This document shows positions 30,331 to 50,744 of a stretch of 64,000 nucleotides of DNA, piece after piece. Position 1 is the first letter of the stretch; each line of letters begins with the position of its first letter. The position numbers and the translations under genes were made by a program. Under the pieces are notes generated by a model. It ran no database searches, was not told the origin of the DNA, and was given only the letters and a program-made list of their open reading frames with translations. Source of the stretch: an uncultured Rivularia sp. (GTDB lineage Bacteria > Cyanobacteriota > Cyanobacteriia > Cyanobacteriales > Nostocaceae). The DNA is taken from positions 3,168,001-3,232,000 of the forward strand of contig OY762007.1 of the NCBI GenBank assembly GCA_963665115.1. The letters run 5' to 3'.

Positions 30331-32508
30331 CTAAACATCCTCCCCATCTCCAATATCTCGCTTCGGTGGACGTTTGTAGGTAAAGGTAAAAGTATCGCCA
30401 CTAGTAATTACTCGCCGCATTTCATCATACATCGGATAATTCCCTACACCGCTAAGACTTGCCCAACCACGCGCTCTAGTTAAAGCAACAAACAATTGGT
30501 TACGATGATTCATATCATTCTCGTTACGAGCGACTTTATCAAAGCCAACTACATAAACCATATCGGCTTCATGTCCTTTAGCACGGTTGATACGAGACAC
30601 TGTAACGCCATTGTCATGCCAGAATTTATCGGGGTCATTATTGGGATATTCTGGATACAAATCGTTTAATATTTGAGCAGTAGGAATGTAAACGTCAATA
30701 TTTTGGTCAATTAAAAAATCAGCAGCTTCTCGTTCTAGCTCTATCGCTTCAGAGTTAGAGCCTAAAACAACTACTAAAATATCGCGACTGGGATTAAGAC
30801 CATCATTAACAATATTGTGCATGATGTTCTCGGACAAAGCCGTTAATTCTTCCTCACGAGAATTATAGGTTTTAAATTCGAGTACGGGTTCTCCCCAAAG
30901 TTCGGGTATTGGGTTGGGAGAAAATTGTGGCGATCGCACTATAGTAATTGGCTTACCAACTTTGCGAAAATCGCCTTGGACTTCGTATCCAATTCTGTCC
31001 CAATCCTTTTTGTTGGTAATACCGGAAAGCATTCCCTCACCACGTAGCAAACCCATACCAATAGCGTGGGCTGCGGTGAGAATTGGTCCCGGAGTCCGGT
31101 AACAGTGGCGCATCACTTCCGAACGTTTGATACCACCGGGGTATTGTGGCTGTTTGTTGAGAAGATTGCTTAATTTTTCACCAAATACTTCTTTAGCTTT
31201 GGGTACGACTAAACTATCAAGACTTTGTGCTTCATCGTAAGCCCAGATTAAACGCTTTTCTTCAGGTGTTTCTTCGCTTGCAGGTCGTAAAGCTTGATAA
31301 GCTAACCAGTAAATTGCTTGTTTGTCTTGATATTTCAAATTCTCATCAGCAACCAAATCTTGACCTTCATCAATCAAGATAGCGTCAAACATCGGTTCAA
31401 CTGTAATCTCTTCCTGCAACCGCTTGCATAACTCAGCTAAACCTCGATTTGGTTGTCCTTGGTTAGTATCTACAACCGTTCCGCGTCTTTTGCCGTGGTA
31501 TTCGCAAATTGTTCCATATAAGCCGGGTTGCTCTTTCGCACCCCAAGCATGAAGCACGCGCAATTTTAAATTAGTTTTGGGGTCATAATGTAAATCTCCA
31601 CCGCTAAAACGACGCATCCACTGGTCTAATAAACCAATCATTAAGTCATATAAAGAGCGAGTGAAAAACACTAAAGCAATATCCCAATCGGGATGCTTCA
31701 AATGCATATGCGCCGCTTTCTGACACAGCAATACAGTTTTACCAGAACCAGCAATACCGCGAATACGTTGAGGTCCGGGGGGAATTTCTTTACCAATATG
31801 TTCTTGCTGTAAATCGATTTCATATAGCTTTTGACGCAAAGCATCCATGACGCTAGCGCGGGTTTTACCACTAACAGCAATATCGCGCTGAGGTTTGCGA
31901 AGTACGGGAGTTCCACCAATTACCGAGAGTAGTAATTCCCAATCTTTATCCTCTAAATTTTCTCCTGGAACTAGAGGAGACGTTTGTTGAATGCGTTCGA
32001 GTAAAGCAGCTTTAGTTAACTGGTCCTGAAAAATGATTGTCGGACAGTTAGGTAGTTGGTCGAAACCTCTTTGCTGCCATTGTTCTTGAGTAATTAAAGG
32101 TAGTGCAACAATAGTTCTACCGTTGACTTTACGCCAAATAGCCGGTTCTCGGTCAGTATATGCAATTAAAGCGCGTAATTGATGTTCTGCTAATTGAGAT
32201 GGAGATGCTTCTGCTGTTCGGAAGTTTCGTAAAAGCCAATTTTTATCGTTGATTTCAGTTATTTGATCGATAGTAACTGGCAAAATTTCAATAACAGTTA
32301 AACCGAATTCTCTATCAACAACAAGGATATCGGGTTCCTTACGAATTTCACCTACCTTCGAGAAAATCGGATACCGCCAATACCCGATACAGTTTCTATC
32401 TGCAAACGCATTTTTTACAGCGTCCCATGCTTGTTGTTCGGTTGATTCCGTTCCGGATTTTATCGCTTCAGTAGTGATAAATTTATTATTAGTATCTTCA
32501 AAAGTCAT
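30331..32508 (-). CDS. NERD-like domain plus superfamily I (UvrD-like) helicase
   Basis: EPDILVVD..VIEI; GIAGSGKT, LIDEGQD, YDEAQ, YRT, AKGHE, FVALTRAR. Confidence 0.85.
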   Translation of the reverse strand: MTFEDTNNKFITTEAIKSGTESTEQQAWDAVKNAFADRNCIGYWRYPIFSKVGEIRKEPDILVVDREFGLTVIEILPVTIDQITEINDKNWLLRNFRTAEASPSQLAEHQLRALIAYTDREPAIWRKVNGRTIVALPLITQEQWQQRGFDQLPNCPTIIFQDQLTKAALLERIQQTSPLVPGENLEDKDWELLLSVIGGTPVLRKPQRDIAVSGKTRASVMDALRQKLYEIDLQQEHIGKEIPPGPQRIRGIAGSGKTVLLCQKAAHMHLKHPDWDIALVFFTRSLYDLMIGLLDQWMRRFSGGDLHYDPKTNLKLRVLHAWGAKEQPGLYGTICEYHGKRRGTVVDTNQGQPNRGLAELCKRLQEEITVEPMFDAILIDEGQDLVADENLKYQDKQAIYWLAYQALRPASEETPEEKRLIWAYDEAQSLDSLVVPKAKEVFGEKLSNLLNKQPQYPGGIKRSEVMRHCYRTPGPILTAAHAIGMGLLRGEGMLSGITNKKDWDRIGYEVQGDFRKVGKPITIVRSPQFSPNPIPELWGEPVLEFKTYNSREEELTALSENIMHNIVNDGLNPSRDILVVVLGSNSEAIELEREAADFLIDQNIDVYIPTAQILNDLYPEYPNNDPDKFWHDNGVTVSRINRAKGHEADMVYVVGFDKVARNENDMNHRNQLFVALTRARGWASLSGVGNYPMYDEMRRVITSGDTFTFTYKRPPKRDIGDGEDV

Positions 32509-33063
32509 TTGATATTGTTCGCGTTGAATTTGCTGAAAGTGATGAACTTGTGTTACGCAAAATTGCCCTCACCCTCGAAGAGTGGGGCTATATATATATA
32601 ATTCGTCTAAGCACCCTGTAAAGAAGTAACAAAAGTTTCATTCGTGTTGCTAAATTAGCATCGCTTCAGTGTCTGCTGCCAGTGCAGATACACGGATGAG
32701 GGGTGATTTTACGCGGTTTATAGTATCAGGAATGGTGCGGAGTTATTTTTATAATTATTGTGATAAATATTGCTTTATAACAAAGAGTAATTATTATCGT
32801 GTTGTTATCGATTGCGGTCTTCTCGAATTAGCTTTGATGGTTTCTAGCGAATTCTCCAAAAATATAGACACATAATCTGTATTTAATGGGAAATTTTTCA
32901 GCATTCGCTGTTGATAAATTTCTTATTGTGAATACTTTTCACGTATCTTGCTACCCCATGAGGCACTTTCGTGAATAATGCTAAATCATAAATTTATGCA
33001 GATGAGTAAGCAAGCTTTGATTCACTCACCCGCAAACGAGTATAGGCGATAATAAAAATAAAA

Positions 33064-33148
<85 letters not shown>

Positions 33149-33223
33149 AGGTAAGCTGTCAGCGATTAATCTTGAGCAGGGCGCTTAGATAATGGCTGAC
33201 CAATTACAGATTATACTATATCT

Positions 33224-34153
33224 TTACGCTGGTTGTACCATCGAAGTCGATTTTTGATAAAGAATTTCCTCGGATTTAATAGTGAAGTCGTTGCCAATCC
33301 ACACTAATGAAGCTTTCATGACTTTTCCATTTTCGAGTTCGACTATTGAAAAATTACGCAGCTTATCTTGAGGTTTTTCAATAATTCGCGGTACGCTGGC
33401 TGCATTTAGATAAATAATTCCTTCTGGGCTTCTAAAAATACGCTTTCGCAATACTTTTGTATGTCGCAGGCTATGGTGCATATGTCCAAATGTCACCAAA
33501 GGAATATTTTTACTTGTGGTGATAGTTTGAGAAATTGCTTCCGCAAAATCTGGGTCGCCATAATCGCCGCCGATGGGATGCCAGTCTTTGCCGCAGGGAT
33601 CTTCTGGTTTGTCTCCTAATCCGAATGGTCCATTATGACCGAGAAAAATAATCGTTTCATGAGCAGCGCTGTTTACTGCTTCCATGATTCGGGCAGTTGA
33701 TTCAGATAGAGTTGCAACCCCAAATCTTTCTTTACATAAATCGGCAAATTTCCATTTCGGACCACCCCAGGTAAAAGGACGACTTCCCACCACGGTTAAG
33801 TTGAAATCCGGAAAATCCATCTTACCGAAACCAACGTGAGTATCGCCTAAAAAATCAAGCTGTTGCTGCACCCAATCTTCTTTTGTACGGTCGTAGGGAC
33901 ACTTTTTACGCCCCCATTCGGTGGCAGTGAACCAAGCATCGTGATTGCCCATCACTACTGCTTTGGGGATATCAAGATCGGCGATTTTTCTTACAACTTC
34001 CACCGATTCATTTCCAAAATCCCCGACAAATAGCACCAAATCAACAGCTAGATGCTTGAGTGCAATCCCATCTTCCTTTTCCCACTGGTCGTGAACGTCT
34101 CCTACTACAGCGATTTTTACGATTTTCGAGTTTGTTATCTGACTACTTGTCAT
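33224..34153 (-). CDS. metallophosphoesterase (TIGR04168-like)
   Basis: GDVH, FVGD, GNHD, GHMH. Confidence 0.85.
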   Translation of the reverse strand: MTSSQITNSKIVKIAVVGDVHDQWEKEDGIALKHLAVDLVLFVGDFGNESVEVVRKIADLDIPKAVVMGNHDAWFTATEWGRKKCPYDRTKEDWVQQQLDFLGDTHVGFGKMDFPDFNLTVVGSRPFTWGGPKWKFADLCKERFGVATLSESTARIMEAVNSAAHETIIFLGHNGPFGLGDKPEDPCGKDWHPIGGDYGDPDFAEAISQTITTSKNIPLVTFGHMHHSLRHTKVLRKRIFRSPEGIIYLNAASVPRIIEKPQDKLRNFSIVELENGKVMKASLVWIGNDFTIKSEEILYQKSTSMVQPA

Positions 34154-34412
34154 ACCACTTTCCTTTCCATATGTTTCCAGGATAGGAAACTCAAACCGAT
34201 TTTGGCACAATTTTTTTGAAGTCGTATTATCCCCCTAGTAATTTTGGTAAAAAGTACTATAATTATTTCAAGATTAAGAATTGTATCTTGCACATACGTA
34301 TTATTTTGATTGCCAAACCCTTTGAGTTTAAAAGCGACGAGGGGCAAGGTAAGCTTTCGTACAAAAATGCAAGATTTTGAATTAAAAATAGATCATTTTA
34401 CTAGATCCTACT

Positions 34413-35387
34413 GTGTTTACTACCGCACTGCGAAGACCTGAAACAACCCAACTGGGTGCATTACCGCTAGATCTATTTGCAGCCATTGAGAATCTTAAAA
34501 AAGAGCTCAATGCTGTTGTTTTGGCGCACTACTATCAAGAACCGGATATTCAAGATATTGCAGATTTTATTGGCGATTCGTTGCAACTTTCCAGAACAGC
34601 AGCCGATACAAATGCAGATGTTATAGTCTTTGCTGGGGTTCACTTTATGGCAGAAACAGCAAAGATTCTTAATCCAGACAAGTTGGTGTTATTGCCAGAC
34701 TTAGATGCTGGTTGTTCTTTAGCTGATAGTTGCCCACCGAGTGAATTCGCAGCATTTAAAGCAGCGCATCCAGAGCATTTAGTGATTTCTTACATCAACT
34801 GTACTGCGGAAATTAAAGCGATGAGCGATATTATCTGCACTAGTTCCAATGCGGTGAAAATTGTGCAGCAGATACCCAAGGAACAGCCGATTATTTTTGC
34901 TCCAGACAGGAATTTGGGACGTTACGTAATGGAACAAACTGGGCGCGATTTACTATTGTGGCAAGGTAGCTGTATCGTTCATGAAACCTTTTCGGAGAAG
35001 AAAATTGTGCAGTTAAAAATTGCACATCCACAGGCTGATGTAATTGCTCATCCCGAATGCGAAACAACCGTATTGCGACACGCTGATTTTATTGGTTCGA
35101 CGGCAGCTTTATTAAAATATTGTCAGCAGAGTTCGAGTGATAAATTTATTGTTGCTACCGAACCGGGAATTATTCATCAAATGCAAAAACAAGCACCGGA
35201 AAAACAATTTATTCCTGCACCACCAACGAATAACTGTAATTGTAATGAATGTCCGTTTATGAGGTTAAATACGTTGGAAAAGCTTTATTTGGCGATGAAG
35301 AATCGCACGCCAGAAATTACTATGAGTGAGGAGACGAGAATTAAGGCTTTGCGTCCAATGCAGCGGATGTTGGAGATGAGTGTTTAA
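34413..35387 (+). CDS. nadA: quinolinate synthase
   Basis: LAHYYQ, GDSL, GVHFMAE, GCSLA, HPEC, CPFM. Confidence 0.95.
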   Translation: MFTTALRRPETTQLGALPLDLFAAIENLKKELNAVVLAHYYQEPDIQDIADFIGDSLQLSRTAADTNADVIVFAGVHFMAETAKILNPDKLVLLPDLDAGCSLADSCPPSEFAAFKAAHPEHLVISYINCTAEIKAMSDIICTSSNAVKIVQQIPKEQPIIFAPDRNLGRYVMEQTGRDLLLWQGSCIVHETFSEKKIVQLKIAHPQADVIAHPECETTVLRHADFIGSTAALLKYCQQSSSDKFIVATEPGIIHQMQKQAPEKQFIPAPPTNNCNCNECPFMRLNTLEKLYLAMKNRTPEITMSEETRIKALRPMQRMLEMSV

Positions 35388-35597
35388 GTAGATATTATAG
35401 AGGCGTGATGATAAAGCTACGTCTCTATTGTTTTATTATGTTGAATTGAAGAGAGAAATAAATAATTGTTTTAAATCTTTGGCTTAAGCTAATGTAAAAT
35501 TTTAATCATTTTAGTTAGAGCCAAAATTTATTCATGTTCTGCAATTTGTCCTTGATTAAAAAATAGTCCGGCACTTTTCTTTTTGTAAATCCTTTAT

Positions 35598-36377
35598 CTA
35601 CCTTTTACAAGCAACAAACTCAATATTAGTAGCAGTATATTTCAAAGGTGTACGTTCAGTTAACCACTGATCTATAAATTCAAATTTATGATAATTAGTA
35701 TATGAAATACTATTTTTAGGCAAAAGTTGCCGATGCCAAATGTCTACAAGTTCAAGCTTACTTTGCTCAAGAAGATTTTTCACCATATTTTTGCTATACA
35801 ACCTGTCATGATAAAAATCTCGCCGAAGATGCGCTAAACGCTGAGTCCATGAAAGGTGGTAAGGAAGAAAAAAACAAAAGAAAAGTCCCGACGGTCTTAA
35901 GATTCGGTTAATTTCCTGGAGCGATTGAAGGTGATTGGGGACGTGTTCGAGTACTCCAAAACTCAAGACTATATCAAAGCTTGTATCTTTGAAGGGAAGT
36001 ATATAAGGATGTTCTAAAGGAATGATATCTATAGATGCTTTTTCAATAATGGGTGTATTTTGACCAAAACTAGAATCATCTGCACCACGAACATCACAGG
36101 AAGTAATTTCGGCACCCATTTCCCGCATTAAATAAGAGATATGACCTTTTCCACATCCCCAGTCAAGTATCTTTAATTCACTCAAGCTTTTCTTAAACCA
36201 ATACTCAGAAAATGCTTTTACGTAGCTTGTTAGGTAAAGATAGACGTTTTGGGAAGTTGGATTTCTTAAAAAAGCATGACTATCTGCATCTAAAGTTAAA
36301 TCTAATAACTGTTGATTCAAAGGCTGGGTTTTTTGAAAATTACTGCGTCTAAGAGCAACAAGAGTTTTGCTATTCAT
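35598..36377 (-). CDS. class I SAM-dependent methyltransferase
   Basis: ILDWGCGKG, LPF..SFD, VLEHV, LRPSG. Confidence 0.9.
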   Translation of the reverse strand: MNSKTLVALRRSNFQKTQPLNQQLLDLTLDADSHAFLRNPTSQNVYLYLTSYVKAFSEYWFKKSLSELKILDWGCGKGHISYLMREMGAEITSCDVRGADDSSFGQNTPIIEKASIDIIPLEHPYILPFKDTSFDIVLSFGVLEHVPNHLQSLQEINRILRPSGLFFCFFLPYHLSWTQRLAHLRRDFYHDRLYSKNMVKNLLEQSKLELVDIWHRQLLPKNSISYTNYHKFEFIDQWLTERTPLKYTATNIEFVACKR

Positions 36378-36445
36378 GATGAAATTTTCGCTTCACTTAA
36401 CAAAACATGACATGACGCATTATGAAATTTAACTTAAAACTAAAA

Positions 36446-37393
36446 TTACTTTTTATCAGCTCTTTCTAAAGCCAACTCGCTATATTCCTTGTAGAGTTGA
36501 ATCCTTGACTGTGCTTCTTTGAAGCGACTATGACTGGATGGAACTTCAGACATTAAATCGGATGCATATTGCCATTTTTCAGCTACATCTAACCATTTAT
36601 CTGAACTATTAGCTGTTTTTCTATCTTCTACTGCTTGGTTAGCAATTCGTATCGCAATGTAGAATATGTCATCTTCTAATTGTTGAGAAGGTGCTTGAGA
36701 AGCTGTTGGATAAGTATTGACAACAGGTGTCTGTAACTTATTTTTGATATCTGTAGGCTTTGAAGATTTTATATTAGACTTATTCGATGAATTGTATTTT
36801 AAACTTGCTGTCTCTATTGAATTTTTAATTTTACTGCCTAAAAAATAATAGGCTAACCAACCTGCTGACAATAGTATTAAGCATAAACCAAGTAAATTCA
36901 TCATCCCTCCTAAGAATGACTTTTTGGGTTTACTCCTATTACTAACTATTAAGTATCGGGAAGATTGAGGTTGAGGTAATTGTGGTTTTTGTGATTCTTT
37001 CTTATTTTCTTTAAAATCTCTAATTATTTGCTTTAAAACATTTGGTTTTTTTAAGGTTATTTGTTCTGACCATAGTAGCTGATTTTCTGGGTCGCGATTA
37101 ATCTCTTCTAACCACAATAATTGCTGTTCTCGAACAATACGACTATTTATATTTACCCTATGGACGTTACGGGGTGCAATAGATTCTAATATCTGCTTAA
37201 TTTTTTGTACTAAAGTCGATTTCTCAAGATTTTCTTTAGTGCGAGCTTCACATAAAAGTTGTAAAACTCCACCATCAAACATTGCTCTAGTTCTTACACC
37301 AGAATTAGCCAACTTTTCATTCAAAACTTGAATAATTGCCGCAATACTGCCTTGACTAGCTTGCGAAGCAATATCATTGATCTGATTTACCAT
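36446..37393 (-). CDS. conserved cyanobacterial hypothetical membrane protein
   Basis: QGSIAAIIQVLNEKL..QLLCEA; TM helix; W..ASDLM..VP C-terminal motif. Confidence 0.75.
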   Translation of the reverse strand: MVNQINDIASQASQGSIAAIIQVLNEKLANSGVRTRAMFDGGVLQLLCEARTKENLEKSTLVQKIKQILESIAPRNVHRVNINSRIVREQQLLWLEEINRDPENQLLWSEQITLKKPNVLKQIIRDFKENKKESQKPQLPQPQSSRYLIVSNRSKPKKSFLGGMMNLLGLCLILLSAGWLAYYFLGSKIKNSIETASLKYNSSNKSNIKSSKPTDIKNKLQTPVVNTYPTASQAPSQQLEDDIFYIAIRIANQAVEDRKTANSSDKWLDVAEKWQYASDLMSEVPSSHSRFKEAQSRIQLYKEYSELALERADKK

Positions 37394-37593
37394 TTTTGAA
37401 GTAGTAACTGTTTGTCAAACTTAAGTGGTTAACAGACAATCTAGTTTAAAAGAGTCACAATTTTTGTTCCTTAGAAACTTCTGTAAACTTCTATTTTACT
37501 TTGATTGTATGTTGAAAAATACAAAATTGACAAACAATATTGCAAAAATAAAGCCTCCTTCAAATATGAAGAAGACTTTACCTAAATTACAAA

Positions 37594-37711
37594 CCTGGCA
37601 CCGAGCTATTTTCACAGGAGGCAACCCTCCAACTATCGTCGCCGCAACGGCGTTTCACCTCTGAGTTCGGGATGGGATCAGTGTGGTTCCACCGTGCCAT
37701 AGGCACCAGGA
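37594..37711 (-). rRNA. rrf: 5S rRNA (operon A)
   Basis: TCCTGGTGCCTATGGCACGGTGGAACCACACTGATCCCATCCCGAACTCAG. Confidence 0.95.
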
Positions 37712-37805
37712 AACTTGTAGGGAATACAGAATCCCTGAAGGCTGCACATTCACGCGCTTTTTGTAAAAATGATTAGTATCTTTAAAATGTAGAACATCAA
37801 TTGAT

Positions 37806-40626
<2,821 letters not shown>

Positions 40627-40848
40627 ACAAAGATATTCCAATACAATCATTGGTTACAAAATAGGATATCTAGATACTTTCCTTAACTACTTAAAGTAAT
40701 CAAGGACTACCTAAATCATTTCGCGTGAATATGCAGTTTTCAAGGTTCTGACTGGATAATAATCCAGCATTCCAATTTATTTCTATATAAATTTGGGTGC
40801 TGAAACTTATCTACTTTTTTCACTCATAATTCAATCAAAAAAATTTGG

Positions 40849-40921
40849 TGGAGGTAAGCGGACTCGAACCGCTGACATCTGCCTTGCAAAGGCAGCGCTC
40901 TACCAACTGAGCTATACCCCC
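40849..40921 (-). tRNA. tRNA-Ala(TGC)
   Basis: GGGGGTATAGCTCAG..TTGCAA..; ITS position; encoded CCA follows. Confidence 0.95.
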
Positions 40922-40974
40922 ATCTACAGCTACCAGTGACCAAATAATTATTTAATACTGTTTGCTGTTTCAGG

Positions 40975-41048
<74 letters not shown>

Positions 41049-41191
41049 ATAAGTTATGAGTTCTTACGAACCGAACCTATAATTGTTTGAAAGCCTTTCA
41101 AATACCTAATCTACGTTACGACCTGGGATATACCAACTCGATCATCTAATCACAAATTGCTTTGGATGTATGAGTGGTTAGGTCTCCCTGA

Positions 41192-42676
<1,485 letters not shown>

Positions 42677-42890
42677 TGGATAAGTTGAATACTTAGCAAA
42701 TAGTCACATCCGTAACCACCTAAGCATTCTTCGTCCTTGACTGACTTTTTTTAAACCTTAGTCTTGGTTAATTACTTTACTAACGCAGACCTTTTATGGT
42801 ATGCTGGCTTTCAAACAAATATATAGTTTTCTTGGTTCGGAACCCTTGAGGAGTCGGCGTTTTGCGCTTCTCTCTCTCAGGCACTTATAC

Positions 42891-42919
42891 ATAGTACCGA
42901 GAACACCTATTCGTGTCAA
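42891..42919 (-). promoter_or_regulatory. rRNA operon A promoter
   Basis: TTGACA-17-TACTAT. Confidence 0.8.
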
Positions 42920-43064
42920 CTCTTTTTTCAAAAAAATTTGGAATTAGTTTTTGGTAAACTCCTGTAATACTCTTCTGCTATACTTTACAGAGTTCAAAGA
43001 AAGTTTAAGTTGATGGAGATTTATAATCCAGTTTTGCTTCCAAGGGTTGGTAATAGTTTTTTGA

Positions 43065-43192
43065 TAAGCTGATGTGCAGCTAGATCGCATAATGCAAAAA
43101 ATTTAAAATATTGTATTGCGTTAGTGCAGCGTGTCCGCGAGGATATGCATCTTGCTCGCTAGTACTATAAAAATTAAGTGGGTAAGAGCTTA
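43065..43192. repeat. MITE-like composite repeat with TAAGCT..AGCTTA ends
   Basis: Shares end and core with 61257-61385. Confidence 0.65.
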
Positions 43193-43346
43193 TCAATCAA
43201 AAAATTTTAGAAGTTTAACGCTTCGTAGGAAGAAGAAGAATTGGAAATTCTGTATTAGATAGAAGAAGACTCAGATAAATTTAAATATTCATCTTGCCAC
43301 GATTTTAGCTTTAGAACTATTCAAACCAAAGTTATTAGATTATTAA

Positions 43347-43605
43347 CTGGAGTTTAAACTAAGACACAATAAAACAGCGCAGCAGTAATATTTTGATGCG
43401 TATCCGTGATGAAACAAGAAAAATAAGGTCTTTAAGTAGGTTTTGGTTTCTTTTTATTGCTATTCTTAGTACGTTTTTTGACAACAGGGTAAATAATTCT
43501 ACACTTACGGGTTTTTTCTGGTTTCCAGACTGCTAGTGCTATCACGGCTAGAATTCTACCTATAGACTGTGCAACTCTCCCAGGTGTTAACTTTGCGGCT
43601 GTTTT
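43347..43605 (-). mobile_element. 3' remnant and terminal repeat of an IS701-like transposase
   Basis: KLTPGRVAQSIG..WKP..YPVVKK, stop at 43432; CTGGAGTTTAAACTA end. Confidence 0.65.
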
Positions 43606-43607
43606 TA

Positions 43608-44131
43608 CTGGAGTTTAGACTAAAGCTCGTGACCGCTACGCGGTCACGGCGCACAAAAAATGGTATAAAAAATAGGGAAATGCTTGTGGTAAAACAAGTA
43701 CCTCCCGAGGGAAGACGAGAAAAACACTACCAAATCTCAACTTTCGTTATGGATGTTTTTGCACATTTAAGGGAATTCCGTCAAGCCGCATACAAATGTT
43801 TATGTAAAGCCAGCGATGCAACATTTGAATTAATGGACTCAATACTGCTAACTCGAAATGCATATAGTTTGGCGGACTTATCTTTATGCCCAGTGTTTCG
43901 TCGTAAATGGTCAAGTGTGTATGAAGCATTGCAAGACACAAAAGTCCAACGAAATAAATTAATGGGACTATACATCAAAAATATACCAAGCCAAGAAGGT
44001 ATTATTCTTGCTGGAGACCATACTGCGTGGTCAAGACCAAACGCACCAACTTTAAAGGAAAGGACTTATGAACATTATACCCAAAGTGGTATTAGAGGTC
44101 GTCCAGTAACTGCGGGATATGGTTATAGTAC
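43608..44131 (+). mobile_element. terminal repeat and 5' remnant of an IS701-like transposase (ATG at 43749, truncated)
   Basis: DATFELMDS..LSLCPVFRRKWSSVYEALQD..LAGDHTAWSRP..GYGYST; CTGGAGTTTAGACTA end. Confidence 0.75.
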
Positions 44132-44226
44132 ACCTCGTCCGCAGTATGGTAGCGGTACAGTCCAAGCTTATATAAACAGCAAAAAACCCTCCTGAATATC
44201 ACAGAAGGGTTTTTTTAAATTACAAA

Positions 44227-44344
44227 CCTGGCACCGAGCTATTTTCACAGGAGGCAACCCTCCAACTATCGTCGCCGCAACGGCGTTTCACCTCTGAGTT
44301 CGGGATGGGATCAGTGTGGTTCCACCGTGCCATAGGCACCAGGA
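44227..44344 (-). rRNA. rrf: 5S rRNA (operon B)
   Basis: Same sequence as operon A copy. Confidence 0.95.
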
Positions 44345-44438
44345 AACTTGTAGGGAATACAGAATCCCTGAAGGCTGCACATTCACGCGCTTTTTGTAAA
44401 AATGATTAGTATCTTTAAAATGTAGAACATCAATTGAT

Positions 44439-47259
<2,821 letters not shown>

Positions 47260-47479
47260 ACAAAGATATTCCAATACAATCATCGGTTACAAAATAGGAT
47301 ATCTAGATACTTTCCTTAACTACTTAAAGTAATCAAGGACTACCTAAATCATTTCGCGTGAATATGCAGTTTTCAAGGTTCTGACTGGATAATAATCCAG
47401 CATTCCGACTTTTACATAAGTCTGGGTGCTGAAACTTATCTACTTTTTTTCACTCATAATTCAATCAAAAAGAATTTGG

Positions 47480-47552
47480 TGGAGGTAAGCGGACTCGAAC
47501 CGCTGACATCTGCCTTGCAAAGGCAGCGCTCTACCAACTGAGCTATACCCCC
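47480..47552 (-). tRNA. tRNA-Ala(TGC)
   Basis: As in operon A. Confidence 0.95.
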
Positions 47553-47605
47553 ATCTACAGCTACCAGTGATCAAATAACTATTTAATACTGTTTGCTGTT
47601 TCAGG

Positions 47606-47679
<74 letters not shown>

Positions 47680-47822
47680 ATAAGTTATGAGTTCTTACGA
47701 ACCGAACCTATAATTGTTTGAAAGCCTTTCAAATACCTAATCTACGTTACGACCTGGGATATACCAACTCGATCATCTAATCACAAATTGCTTTGGATGT
47801 ATGAGTGGTTAGGTCTCCCTGA

Positions 47823-49307
<1,485 letters not shown>

Positions 49308-49521
49308 TGGATAAGTTGAATACTTAGCAAATAGTCACATCCGTAACCACCTAAGCATTCTTCGTCCTTGACTGACTTTTTTTAAACCTTAGTCTTGGTT
49401 AATTACTTTACTAACGCAGACCTTTTATGGTATGCTGGCTTTCAAACAAATATATAGTTTTCTTGGTTCGGAACCCTTGAGGAGTCGGCGTTTTGCGCTT
49501 CTCTCTCTCAGGCACTTATAC

Positions 49522-49550
49522 ATAGTACCGAGAACACCTATTCGTGTCAA
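49522..49550 (-). promoter_or_regulatory. rRNA operon B promoter
   Basis: TTGACA-17-TACTAT. Confidence 0.8.
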
Positions 49551-49815
49551 CTCTTTTTTCAAAAAAATTTGGAATTAGTTTCTTTGTCATCGCTATAATC
49601 CCTACTCCACAACGGTTTTAAGCGATAAAAAAAGTTTCTTCGGTGGTGCTTTTGAGCGGTACTTTACCTCTGAGGAGTTGAAATTGGCTTTCAAAGTCAA
49701 TTAGGAGCTATCTATAATTCAAGGTCATTTAATAAAAACGGTCGAAAAAGTCTTCTTGAGGTTTCAAGTTTGAGCAACAATGGTTAATGCATTGTTGGCT
49801 TAGAGGAGAATAGCG

Positions 49816-50694
49816 ATGAATTTTCAATCGGCGATCGCAGTTTTAAATGAATTTTGGAGCAGTCAAGGCTGTTTGATTGCTCAGTCATACGATATTGAGA
49901 AGGGAGCGGGGACAAAGAATCCACATACTTTTTTAAGGGCTTTGGGACCAGAGCCTTGGGCTGTGGCTTATGTAGAACCTTGTCGTCGTCCCACTGACGG
50001 GCGCTATGGAGAGAACCCAAACCGTTTTCAATCCTATTATCAGTACCAAGTTCTGATAAAACCTTCACCGGACAATATCCAAGAAATCTATTTGGATTCG
50101 TTGAAGGCTTTGGGAATTAGACCAGAAGAACACGATATTAGATTTGTAGAAGATAACTGGGAAGATGCGACTGTAGGTGCTTGGGGAACTGGTTGGGAAG
50201 TTTGGCTCGATGGGATGGAAGTTACCCAGTTCACGTACTTTCAACAATGTGGAGGAATTGATTGTCGTCCGGTGTCAATCGAAATGACTTACGGGCTGGA
50301 ACGATTGGTGATGTATCTACAAGAAGTGGAAGCAATAACCAAAATTGATTGGACGGACAATATTAAATATGGAGATATTCACCTCCAAGGGGAGATTGAG
50401 CAGTGTACCTACAATTTTGAAGCTTCAAATCCTCAGATGCTGCTAACACTATTTAATATGTATGAGGAAGAAGCTAAACAATTAACTGAAAAGGGTTTAG
50501 TTTTACCAAGCTTGGACTATATTATGAAGTGTTCTCATACTTTTAACTTGCTAGATGCAAGAGGTGTGATTGCTGTGACAGAAAGGACTCGCTACATTGG
50601 CAGAATTAGAAGTTTGGCAAGGAAGGTAGCACAGCTTTATGTAGAGCAGCGAGAACAGTTAGGTTTTCCGTTGTTGAAAAAAGTTGCTGCGTGA
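49816..50694 (+). CDS. glyQ: glycine--tRNA ligase alpha subunit
   Basis: [36 protein letters not shown]. Confidence 0.97.
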   Translation: MNFQSAIAVLNEFWSSQGCLIAQSYDIEKGAGTKNPHTFLRALGPEPWAVAYVEPCRRPTDGRYGENPNRFQSYYQYQVLIKPSPDNIQEIYLDSLKALGIRPEEHDIRFVEDNWEDATVGAWGTGWEVWLDGMEVTQFTYFQQCGGIDCRPVSIEMTYGLERLVMYLQEVEAITKIDWTDNIKYGDIHLQGEIEQCTYNFEASNPQMLLTLFNMYEEEAKQLTEKGLVLPSLDYIMKCSHTFNLLDARGVIAVTERTRYIGRIRSLARKVAQLYVEQREQLGFPLLKKVAA

Positions 50695-50744
50695 AGCGAT
50701 ATTGAGTCTACTCGTAGAAAAAATCAAAAATATCCGGTCATATA

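Noticed and set aside
43569..43748. N-terminal extension of the 208-aa ORF
   Set aside because: Crosses the IS terminal repeat and the opposite-strand remnant; transposase similarity starts at ATG 43749.
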